DNA of 62,676 bases, filler included, from Actinomycetota bacterium (lineage in GTDB: Bacteria; Actinomycetota; Acidimicrobiia; IMCC26256; VFJJ01): assembly GCA_009886115.1 (NCBI GenBank). It is 6 parts of 6 records of this genome, joined end to end, with 100 filler letters (N's around TTAATTAATTAA, not from the genome) between each part and the next. Parts side by side here need not be neighbours in the genome. Positions count along the whole stretch, not along the records: positions 32,474 to 53,509 come from VFJJ01000022.1; 5 more parts are not named here. The stretch is one strand, 5' to 3'. This document shows positions 39,464-47,985 of this stretch, in pieces. The number at the start of each line of letters is the position of its first letter. Positions within the stretch are counted from its first letter, which is position 1. The notes beneath the pieces are model-generated. The model ran no database searches and had not been told where the DNA came from. It saw only the letters and a list, made by a program, of their open reading frames with translations. The translations under genes were made by a program, and so were the position numbers.

Positions 39464-40879
39464 ATGAATGCCAGCTCGCCCGGTCGTGAAGATGCCCTCG
39501 TGCTCAGGCGAGCCTTCGAGCATGCGTGCGCATACCTGGACGGCGTGGCCGAGCGTCCCGTCGGCCCGAGCGGCGCAGCCGCCGAGCTCCGGGCCGCCAT
39601 CGGCGGGCCGCTCCCGGAGTCGCCGATCGACCCCGTCGCCGCGCTCGACGCGCTCGTCGCCGCCGTCACTCCCGGGATCGTCGCCACGGCCGGCCCCCGC
39701 TACTTCGGCTTCGTCACCGGCGGGGCGCTGCCGATCTCCGTCGCAGCCGACTGGTTGACCGCCGCCTGGGACCAGAACGCCGCAGCGCATGTGATGTCGC
39801 CGGCGCTGTCGATCGTCGAGGAGACGGCCGGACGCTGGGTGACCGAGCTCCTCGGCCTCCCGGCCGGGGTCTCGTACGGCTTCGTGACCGGGGCGACCAT
39901 GGCGAACTGGACCGGGCTGGCCGCGGCCCGTCACGAGTTGCTCAGTCGGACGGGTTGGGACGTCGAAGCCGACGGTCTCACCGGCGCCCCGGCGATCAGC
40001 GTGATCGTGGGTGAGGAGCGCCACGCCACCATCGACCTCGTCGTGCGCTACCTCGGGCTGGGCACCAACGCCATCACCGTCGTCCCCGCCGACGCCCAGG
40101 GCCGCCTCGACGTGGGTGCGCTCCCGGCAGCGCTCGAGGCCACGAGAGGCCGTCCCACGATCGTGTGCGCCCAGAGCGGCAACGTGAACACCGGTGCCTT
40201 CGACCCCATCGGCGCCATCTGCGATCTGGCGCATGCCCCCGACGTAGGAGCCTGGGTGCACGTCGACGGGGCTGTCGGGGCCTGGGTCGCGGCGGTTGCC
40301 GAGCGCCGGCATCTCGTCGTTGGCTGGAACCGGGCCGACTCGTGGGCCACCGACGCCCACAAAGGGCTCAACGTGCCCTACGACTGCGGGATCGTGCTGT
40401 GCGCCCATCCCGAAGCCCACCGGGCGGCCTGCGCCTGGATCGCCCCGTACCTCGGCGCAACCGTCGACGGGCGCGACAACCACCACTGGGCCCCCGAGTC
40501 GTCACGGCGGGCCCGGGCGCTCCCCGTGTACGCAGCGCTCGCGCAGTTGGGGCGTAACGGTGTGGCCGAGATGGTCGACCGGTGCTGCGTGTTGGCGAGC
40601 CGCTTCGCCGACCGGTTGCGGCTCGTGCCCGGCGTCGAGATCTGCAACGACGTCGCGTCGAACCAGGTGCTCGTGCGCTTCGACGACTCCGACACGCGTA
40701 CGGCGGCCGTGGTGGCGGCGGTGCAGAGCAGCGGCGAGTGCTGGATGGGCGCCACGGTGTGGAAGGGCCGGGCCGCCATGCGGATCTCGGTGAGCAACTG
40801 GTCGACGACCGAGGCCGACGTCGACCGCTCGGTGGCGGCGATCGTCCGAGCCGTCGCCGCAACGAAGGCTGCCCCGTAG
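39464..40879 (+). CDS. Group II PLP-dependent decarboxylase (aromatic-L-amino-acid decarboxylase-like)
   Basis: RYFGFVTGG, HVDGAVG, DSWATDAHKGLNVPYDCG. Confidence 0.9.
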   Translation: MNASSPGREDALVLRRAFEHACAYLDGVAERPVGPSGAAAELRAAIGGPLPESPIDPVAALDALVAAVTPGIVATAGPRYFGFVTGGALPISVAADWLTAAWDQNAAAHVMSPALSIVEETAGRWVTELLGLPAGVSYGFVTGATMANWTGLAAARHELLSRTGWDVEADGLTGAPAISVIVGEERHATIDLVVRYLGLGTNAITVVPADAQGRLDVGALPAALEATRGRPTIVCAQSGNVNTGAFDPIGAICDLAHAPDVGAWVHVDGAVGAWVAAVAERRHLVVGWNRADSWATDAHKGLNVPYDCGIVLCAHPEAHRAACAWIAPYLGATVDGRDNHHWAPESSRRARALPVYAALAQLGRNGVAEMVDRCCVLASRFADRLRLVPGVEICNDVASNQVLVRFDDSDTRTAAVVAAVQSSGECWMGATVWKGRAAMRISVSNWSTTEADVDRSVAAIVRAVAATKAAP

Positions 40880-40950
40880 CGTTCGTTAGCCTGCGAGCCG
40901 TCAATGTCCGAGACGGCCGAGACGGCCGAGCGCCAACGACGGGACCGACG

Positions 40951-42081
40951 ATGCGTGGGATCGTGTTCACGGGGACCGAGATCGTCTGCACCGACGCTCT
41001 GACGGTGCGCGATCCCGAGCCCGACGAGGTGCTCGTGCGCATCGAAGCGGCCGGGGTGTGCGCCTCCGATCTGGCGGTCACGAACGGCAAGATCGCGGGC
41101 CTGATGCTGACGCCCTTCGTGATGGGCCACGAGGGCGCCGGCGTCGTCGAGGCCGTGGGAGCACAGGTGACGACCGTCGCCGAGGGCGACCACGTCGTCC
41201 TCTCGACGATCGACAACTGCGGTCGCTGCGCGGTGTGCGCCGCGGGACGACCGACCCTGTGCACCAACTCCCGCCTGGGACGGGCCATGGCCCGGCGAGC
41301 CCTCGCCGGCGAGGCCCCCGGCCCGAGCGATTTTCCGCAGCCGTTCCGCCTCCACGGCGAACCCGTCACCGCATTCGCCAACACCGGCGTCTTCAGCGAG
41401 CGGGTGGTGGTGCGTGAGAGCCAGGCCATTCGCATCGACCCTTCCGTGCCCTTCACCAGCGCCTGCCTCATCGGCTGCGGAGTCGTCACCGGGACGGGCG
41501 CCGTGTTCAACCGGGCCCGGGTGTACCGGGGCGACACCGTCGCCGTCGTCGGTATCGGTGGGGTCGGCCTCAACGTGATCCAGGCGGCCCGCATCGCCGG
41601 GGCGACCCGCATCGTGGCCGTCGACACCAATCCGGCAAAGGAGGCGTTCGCCCGGCGCTTCGGAGCCACCGATTTCGTTGACGCTTCGGCTCACGACGCG
41701 CCCGGCGTCGTCGACGCCGTACACCGAATCGTCCCTGGCGGGGTCAACTTCGCGTTCGAGTGCGTCGGCGCCGAGGCCACGATGCAGAGCGCGCTCGACA
41801 TGACCGGTCCGGGGGGCAGCGTCGTCATCCTCGGCGTCGCCGGGCTCGACGCCACGCTCACGATCTCGCCCTTCAAGCTCTATCAGGACAAGGCGATCAT
41901 GGGTTGCCGGTACGGATCGAGCCGGGTCGCCGACGACATCCCTCGCCTGGTCGACCTGTATCTCAAGGGCGATCTCCTGCTCGACGAGCTCGTCTCGCAC
42001 CAATACCCGCTCGAAGGCCTCCACGACGCCTTTGCCGACCTCACGGCCGGCCTGCTCGCCCGAGGCGTGCTCGTGCCCTGA
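40951..42081 (+). CDS. Zinc-dependent alcohol dehydrogenase (class III-like)
   Basis: GVCASD, GHEGAG, CGRCAVC...C, GCGVVTG, GIGGVG. Confidence 0.92.
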   Translation: MRGIVFTGTEIVCTDALTVRDPEPDEVLVRIEAAGVCASDLAVTNGKIAGLMLTPFVMGHEGAGVVEAVGAQVTTVAEGDHVVLSTIDNCGRCAVCAAGRPTLCTNSRLGRAMARRALAGEAPGPSDFPQPFRLHGEPVTAFANTGVFSERVVVRESQAIRIDPSVPFTSACLIGCGVVTGTGAVFNRARVYRGDTVAVVGIGGVGLNVIQAARIAGATRIVAVDTNPAKEAFARRFGATDFVDASAHDAPGVVDAVHRIVPGGVNFAFECVGAEATMQSALDMTGPGGSVVILGVAGLDATLTISPFKLYQDKAIMGCRYGSSRVADDIPRLVDLYLKGDLLLDELVSHQYPLEGLHDAFADLTAGLLARGVLVP

Positions 42082-42136
42082 GACCCCGTGTCGCACGTGC
42101 GAAGCGTGCGGCCACCCACCACCGAGGAGAACATCC

Positions 42137-42832
42137 GTGTCGGCCAAGCTGATCTACCTCGCCCGCCGCAACCCGGCCCTGAGCGCCGACGAGTTCCCCC
42201 GCCGCTGGCGGCGCCACGCCCGTCTGGCATCGGGGCTGCCCGAGCTCCTCGCCGAGTACCGAGGTGGCGCGTACTGCCACGTGCAGCCGGGGGGCGAGCT
42301 GCTCCCGGGGGCGTCGAGCGAATACGACGGCGTCGCGATCCTCGGGCTGAACGGCGTGCACTCCATCCCGTCGGTCGCCCGCGCCCTCGACACGAGCGAC
42401 GTGACCTCGTGCGACGAGCTCCTCGTCTTCTCGACGTACGTGCGCGACTTCGCCATCCTCTGCGAGGAGAAGGCCTTCCGCCAGTCCGACGGCAGCGAGC
42501 GCGGCATGATCGTCGTCGTGCAGTTCGTGCGCGCCCGCACCGGGATCGGCCCCAGCGACTTCGTCGCCCGGTGGCACGCCCACGGCGAGCGCACGATCAG
42601 CCAGCCGGTCCTCAACCGGGTGCTGCGCCGTCACTTCCACAACGTGGTCATCGTCCCCCCGCCGCTCGGGTACGGCTTCGACGGCATCTCCGAGCTCTGG
42701 TTCGACTCGCTCGACGACCTCGCAGCCGCCCGCCCCGAGCTCGACGCCCTCAGTTCTGATGCCGGCGAGTTCATCGACCACCCCACCTCGCTGACGCTGC
42801 TCACCCAGACCATCATGGACTGGCGCACCTGA
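42137..42832 (+). CDS. Tandem EthD-domain protein
   Basis: RRNPALSADEFPRRWRRHA...YDGVA and second domain RTGIGPSDFVARWHAHG...FDGISELWFDS; GAGGAG RBS. Confidence 0.8.
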   Translation: MSAKLIYLARRNPALSADEFPRRWRRHARLASGLPELLAEYRGGAYCHVQPGGELLPGASSEYDGVAILGLNGVHSIPSVARALDTSDVTSCDELLVFSTYVRDFAILCEEKAFRQSDGSERGMIVVVQFVRARTGIGPSDFVARWHAHGERTISQPVLNRVLRRHFHNVVIVPPPLGYGFDGISELWFDSLDDLAAARPELDALSSDAGEFIDHPTSLTLLTQTIMDWRT

Positions 42833-42975
42833 GGTTCGGCCGAGGGCCGTCGTGCGCCGACACGCCGGCCTTCCGGCACTTCGAACACAGGTGTTGCAGG
42901 TGATGCTCGCGTCGCACGCGAGCACCCGCCCCGGAGGTCATCGACGTTCGCGCCCTCGTCACGGTCGCGCCCTCG

Positions 42976-43698
42976 TCACGACATTGAGAGCATCGTCCCC
43001 ACGAATGCCATGAATCGGAGCGAGCAGGCGGCCGCCCCCACCAGCACCGCGTCATCGGGCCGATCAGCCGCCCATTCGAGCCGCCACTCGTAGGGCCGCT
43101 CGTGGTGCTGGGGCTGAACGGCGCCGGTCCAGAGCAGTCGACCCGCCTCCCTACCGTCGGTCGCGATGAACCGGTGCCCGAGCGCGCTCCCGGCGAGCCT
43201 CTCGGATCGGAAGAAGCGGCGCCGTTCACGGCGCGCCCGCTCCTCATCGGACTCCGGCCGGACCACGTCGTCGAGTGTGAACCGGTCGGCGCCGGCCGTC
43301 ATGGCCGCGCCGGCGAAGAGACCCCACTCCCGCCCCTTCGCCGACCCGGCCTCACCGGTCCCGAGCACCGACCCATCGAGCGACTCGTGCCGCCAGTCGG
43401 TCCAGCCGAGACCGTCGTGGCCGATCCGCCCGATCGCCGGCCAAGCCACGCCGGGCGGCGCAGGCGCCAACACCTCCGCCGTGCTGGGCACCGACGCACC
43501 GCGGACGAACCGCACCTCGCTGGCGCTCGAGATGGCGAGCACCAGGCTGCCCGACGAATCGACCACCACCGCCCCCGGTACGCCGGGACGCTGCACCAGT
43601 AGGCCCGTGTCCGACAGGATCGCACGCTGCTCAGCGACCGAGATGCGCTCGGGCACCGGCGGGCCGGAATAGGGGCGGATCGACCACATGGTCACCAT
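42976..43698 (-). CDS. Hypothetical protein
   Basis: 240-aa ORF with plausible composition; no recognised motif. Confidence 0.5.
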   Translation of the reverse strand: MVTMWSIRPYSGPPVPERISVAEQRAILSDTGLLVQRPGVPGAVVVDSSGSLVLAISSASEVRFVRGASVPSTAEVLAPAPPGVAWPAIGRIGHDGLGWTDWRHESLDGSVLGTGEAGSAKGREWGLFAGAAMTAGADRFTLDDVVRPESDEERARRERRRFFRSERLAGSALGHRFIATDGREAGRLLWTGAVQPQHHERPYEWRLEWAADRPDDAVLVGAAACSLRFMAFVGTMLSMS

Positions 43699-44168
43699 CA
43701 GATCATCGTACGAGCGCTACCGAACCCGGCGTGGCCACCGTCCGATTCGTGTGGAGCCGAACCACTGGCCCGGGGCCAATGCAGCGGTTCCTGCTACAAC
43801 GGGCGCACGATGCTCGGTTCAGAAGCCGAGTGGGAACAGCCGATTCAACCGTCCACCAGACCAGACCCGGGGCTCGACGACGAGCAGGCGATCTACGCCA
43901 GGCAAGTACCCATCGAGGCGCAACGGACGACCGTGCGGGGTCACGACGCCTCTATCTACGTCTCGACACAACGAGGCGATCGGGGTCCGTTGCAGATCGA
44001 CGTGTGGTGGGTCGAGCAGCCCGGCATGGTCATGTACGTGAACGCCGTCAACCTGTACGAGCCCGACGAGCGGTCACCCCTCGCTGGAACGAACGGGCCC
44101 GCCGGATCTCCCAGAGCGACGGGGCCCGGCCGTACCTTCCGACAGCTCTGGTCGTGCCTTGCCGTGTC

Positions 44169-45359
44169 TCAGGGTCCGCGGCTGGTGTTGAGCCCGGTTC
44201 CGGTGAGGGGTGGGGGGTGGCTGGTGAGGGTGCGGCCGGTGGGGAGGGTGATCTCGACTCGTGCGTCGGGGAGGAGCTTCATCTCGCAGCCGGCGCGGTG
44301 GATGAGCGTGTGGTGCCGTTCGCACAGGAGGGCGAGGTTGGCGGGGCTGGTGGGGCCGCCGTGGAGCCAGTGGGTGACGTGGTGGGCGTCGCAGCGGGGG
44401 CTGGGCAGGTCACAGCCCGGGAAGCGGCAGTGCCGGTCGCGCAGTGCGACGACGGTCCAGACGTTCGCGGGGACGGCCTTCGTGCCGCGGCCGTAATCGA
44501 GGATCGTGCTCGCGCCGCTGGCGATGACCCGATGGAGGTTCGCGTCGCAGAGCACCTGGGCCATCGCCGCGTTCGAGATCGGGGTGCCGTCGAGCCAATG
44601 GCTCGACCCCGGGCCTCCGGTGCCGGCGAGGACGTCCCAGTCGATGATCACGTGGGCGCTGGGTCGCTGCCGGGGCGTGGCCGGGCCGGGCCGGTTCGCG
44701 AGGTAGAACGCGCAGACCTCGGCGAGCGCATCGGCACGGCGGCGGGACGGGGTCCGTTCGGGTTCACCGTCGAGATCGGGACGCAGGGCGGCCCGGATGG
44801 CGTCACCGACGATCGCTCCGGTCTTGTGGTCGAGGTTCCCGTCGATACGCTGGTGACCATCGGGCAACACCGACAGATACAGGTCGTTCCGCTCGACCGG
44901 CGGCTTCTCGTCGACACCGTCGATGATCTGCCGTCAACGGGTCATCGCCAGGCGGGTCTCGGCCACGTCACACCCGACCAGCGTCGGGACCATCAGCGAT
45001 TCGTGCTGAGCCCACCGTGCGACCGACCCGGCCGGAACCTGCGCGCAGATCACCTCCACCTGCCCGGCCGACAGCTCCCCGGAACGGGCCGCCGCCGCGG
45101 TCACCGGCCACTGCCGCAACCGCCGGCCCGCCTTCACGTTCCGGCCCACGTCGCCCGGGTCCGTGGCGGTGTGGTGCTTCAACCACGACACCATCGACAA
45201 GGCCCCATCGACCGCAAAGCCGTCGATCGCGTCGAACTCCCCGATCGCTTCCCGGACCCGGGCCGTCAGCTGATCGGCGATCCGGCACACCTCACGCAGC
45301 GCATCGCCCGTGGCCGGTATCTCCAGCCCCTCAACGGCATCTCGCAACGCTACGAACAT
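44169..45359 (-). pseudogene. DUF222 + HNH endonuclease (13E12-repeat family) with internal TGA at 44936-44934
   Basis: MFVALRDAV...SWLKHH...; RRADAL; RDRHCRFPGC...CDAHHVTHWLHGGPTSPANLALLCERHH; one frame apart from the stop. Confidence 0.85.
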
Positions 45360-45367
45360 GTGTTCGA
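45352..45367. promoter_or_regulatory. LexA (SOS) box overlapping the DUF222-HNH start codon
   Basis: ACGAAC-ATGT-GTTCGA versus actinobacterial consensus TCGAAC-N4-GTTCGA. Confidence 0.8.
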
Positions 45368-45559
45368 GTGTAGCAGTGCGATCACGAGATACCAAGGAAC
45401 TATCGCTCTAAGACCAAGATATTTTCTGTCCCATATATGCCATATGACCGCTCGCTCCCCATGACCCGATCCTGGCCTGGGAACGGGAGGTTGCGTCGCT
45501 TCGCCGCCGTCCCTGGCCCGACACTCATGGCCGACACGGACGCCAGACGCACGCGTCGC

Positions 45560-46150
45560 TCACGACTCGATGGTGAGGCTCGCGGCGTTCGGGATCTCGA
45601 GCACGGAGACGTGGGCGGCCCGGACCCGGGCGGGGGTCAGGGCGATTCGCTCACCGTCGTCGAGGTCGGCTGCTCCCGCCGTTGCGAACAACGCGACGCC
45701 TGACGGACGGGCGCGTTGGTCGTGACGGAGCTCGTGGCGAATCCCGTCGAAGCCATGGGCCCGGAACGCCGCGGCCCATCGGCGCGCCAGGTCGTACGGG
45801 ACCACGGTGGCCAGCTCGGTGGTCACTCCGTAGCGACCCGCAGAGGTGCGGGTCGTGGCCGCCAGCCGGGCCTGCGGATCGGGTGGAGCCACGTGCCGGA
45901 GCTCCCGTGCTCGCACCCAGGCGGTTGACACCGGTCCGAGACGGGTCGCCTCCCTGATGGCCGCGTAGGCGTCGGTGGCCAGGTAGCAGGTGCCCTCGGG
46001 TCCGGTGAGGTCGAACCGTCCACGGCCGTCGGCCGAGAACCACCAGGTGGCGCGGTCGGTCCGGCAGGTTCGCACCAGGCGCGAGGGCGGTCTGGAGGCG
46101 GGGAAACCGGTGAGGTCACCGGGCTCGCCGAGCGAGACGGTCGAGTTCAC
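45560..46150 (-). CDS. RES-domain protein (putative toxin)
   Basis: WWFS...GRFDL....GTCYLA.....AIRE (R, E); GFDGIRH; GTGA overlap with the upstream gene. Confidence 0.78.
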   Translation of the reverse strand: MNSTVSLGEPGDLTGFPASRPPSRLVRTCRTDRATWWFSADGRGRFDLTGPEGTCYLATDAYAAIREATRLGPVSTAWVRARELRHVAPPDPQARLAATTRTSAGRYGVTTELATVVPYDLARRWAAAFRAHGFDGIRHELRHDQRARPSGVALFATAGAADLDDGERIALTPARVRAAHVSVLEIPNAASLTIES

Positions 46151-46686
46151 GCGGCGAGCGCGTGCGCTGCGGTACGAGCGACGGCTCGCACCCGGTCGCG
46201 GTCGCCCCGGACCAGGGCATCGAAAGGCGCTTCGCCGAGGTCGGGATCGGGTGTGCGCAGCCAGGCCGCCAGCGTCCAGCCGTCGACCGCGTCCTCCGGG
46301 AACAGGGCGAGCACCTCGGCGAGTCCGAGGACGACGCCGCCGCCGTGGAACTGCCACAGCGGGTAGAGGTGCTCGCCGTCGGCGGTGATGGTGCGCAAGA
46401 GGCGCCGACGGGCCGCCTTGGCGGCGACCGCCTGGCGGCTGATGCCGAGGCGAGCCTGGACGCCCTCGCTGCGAACGAAGGGCCCGACGAGGTCGTCCCA
46501 CGGCGAGGCGAGCGGCGCGCTGGCGAGCACGGCGCGCTCGGCGAACGATCGGGGCTCGCCCAACACCGAGCGCGCCCGGCGACCGGCCCGCTCGTGCTCG
46601 GCGACCACCCGCGACAGTGACTGCTCGAACTGACGAGTCGCCTCGGCGACGAACTCGCAGCCATCGGTGTGCAGCAGGATCGTCAT
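46147..46686 (-). CDS. Putative antitoxin of the RES toxin (HTH plus Xre/MbcA-like C-terminus)
   Basis: VQARLGISRQAV..K....RLL, YPLWQF, WTLAAWLRTP..DLG..PFDAL; AAGGAGG RBS. Confidence 0.7.
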   Translation of the reverse strand: MTILLHTDGCEFVAEATRQFEQSLSRVVAEHERAGRRARSVLGEPRSFAERAVLASAPLASPWDDLVGPFVRSEGVQARLGISRQAVAAKAARRRLLRTITADGEHLYPLWQFHGGGVVLGLAEVLALFPEDAVDGWTLAAWLRTPDPDLGEAPFDALVRGDRDRVRAVARTAAHALAA

Positions 46687-46699
46687 ACCCGACCTCCTT

Positions 46700-46757
46700 G
46701 CGTCAATGGCGTCAACACCATCATGACCGAGTGTTGGCCTCGCGTCAATGGCGTCAA
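46700..46757 (-). promoter_or_regulatory. Sigma-A-type promoter with two 16-bp direct-repeat operators
   Basis: TTGACG (46748-46743), N17, CATGAT (46725-46720); TTGACGCCATTGACGC at 46742-46757 and 46700-46715. Confidence 0.7.
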
Positions 46758-46771
46758 TACCTCCGACACGA

Positions 46772-46816
46772 GCCCGAGCGGCCCGAACGGCCCGAACGGC
46801 CCGAGCGGCCCGAGCA
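46772..46816 (+). repeat. 9-bp tandem repeat GCCCGA(G/A)CG, about 5 copies
   Basis: Directly visible. Confidence 0.85.
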
Positions 46817-46890
46817 GCCCAGCCCGGGCGGGGTGCGCGGTGACTCAGTGCACCCGACCGCCACCCTCCCGAGCCCTCCCCTGCTCGGCC

Positions 46891-47922
46891 TCAGCGGCGC
46901 CGTTGGGTGAGGTCGGTGAGGCCGGGGAGGGTCACGTTCACGTCGTAGGGGTCGATGTCGAGGCCCGGCGCGCACAGGGCGTCGATGCGATCGAGGACCT
47001 CCGACGAGAGACGCACGTCGGCGCCGGCGAGGAGGTCGTCGAGCTGTTCAGGCGTGCGGGGCCCGATGATCGACGTGGACACGGCCGGGTGCTCGAGGCT
47101 GAAAGCCATCGCCATGTGGGTGAGCGACATGCCGGCGTCACGGGCGACGGCCTCCAGTGAGTCGACGAGCGCGAGCTTGTGTTGCACGACCTCGCGCTCG
47201 GTGTCCCACTTGCGGGTGCCGCCCCAGGTGCGAGCGGCGCGGGTGCCCTCCGGGGGCTCCTGACCCGAGCGGTACTTGCCCGACAGCCATCCGGCGTTGA
47301 GCGGGCCGTAGACCAGCACGCCCATACCCGACCGCTGAGCCGCCGGAAGGATGTCACGCTCACAGGCGCGTACGAAGATCGAGTACGAGAGCTGCTCGGT
47401 GCGCATCCGCTCGAAGCCCCGAAGCTGTGCCACCCATTGCGACTCGATGATCGTCTCGGCCGGATGGGCCGACGAGCCGATGAGGCGCACCTTGCCCTGA
47501 CGCACCAGATCGGTCAGCGCCGAGAGGGTCTCGTCGAGATCGGTGTCGGGATCGGGCCGGTGCATCTGGTACAGGTCGATCCACTCGGTGTCGAGCCGGC
47601 GCAGCGACGCCTCGACCGCTCGGATGATGTAGCGACGTGAGCCGCCTCGGTGGTTCGGGTCGGAGCTCGTGGGGAAGTAGAACTTCGTGGCCAGCACCAC
47701 GTCGTCGCGCCGGCCCTTGAGCGCCTTGCCCACGATCTCCTCGGTCTCGAACAGCGAGTAGACGTCGGCTGTGTCGACCACGTTGATCCCGCTGTCGAGC
47801 GCACGGTGGATCATCCGCACGCACTCGTCGTGATCGGGGTTACCGCCCTTGCCGAACATCATCGTGCCCAGGCAATAGCTCGAGACCCGGACCCCGGTCC
47901 GGCCCAGCAGTCGGTGCTCCAC
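46891..47922 (-). CDS. Aldo/keto reductase
   Basis: LGTMMFG, DTADVY, LATKF, IDLYQMH. Confidence 0.95.
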   Translation of the reverse strand: MEHRLLGRTGVRVSSYCLGTMMFGKGGNPDHDECVRMIHRALDSGINVVDTADVYSLFETEEIVGKALKGRRDDVVLATKFYFPTSSDPNHRGGSRRYIIRAVEASLRRLDTEWIDLYQMHRPDPDTDLDETLSALTDLVRQGKVRLIGSSAHPAETIIESQWVAQLRGFERMRTEQLSYSIFVRACERDILPAAQRSGMGVLVYGPLNAGWLSGKYRSGQEPPEGTRAARTWGGTRKWDTEREVVQHKLALVDSLEAVARDAGMSLTHMAMAFSLEHPAVSTSIIGPRTPEQLDDLLAGADVRLSSEVLDRIDALCAPGLDIDPYDVNVTLPGLTDLTQRRR

Positions 47923-47985
47923 GGCGTTCCCCTCGCAGACGGGCTCTCGCTGGCGGGCTCTCAGTGAGCCCAAACCCGACGGAAC

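Noticed and set aside
42881..42896. Second LexA box TCGAACACAGGTGTTG
   Set aside because: Right half-site does not match GTTCGA
43810..44496. 228-aa plus-strand ORF
   Set aside because: 3' half is antisense to the HNH gene; the 5' part may be a gene fragment but cannot be assigned
44934..44936. TGA in DUF222-HNH as Sec or code-4 Trp
   Set aside because: No redox Cys context or clear SECIS; TGA is the usual stop in many genes here
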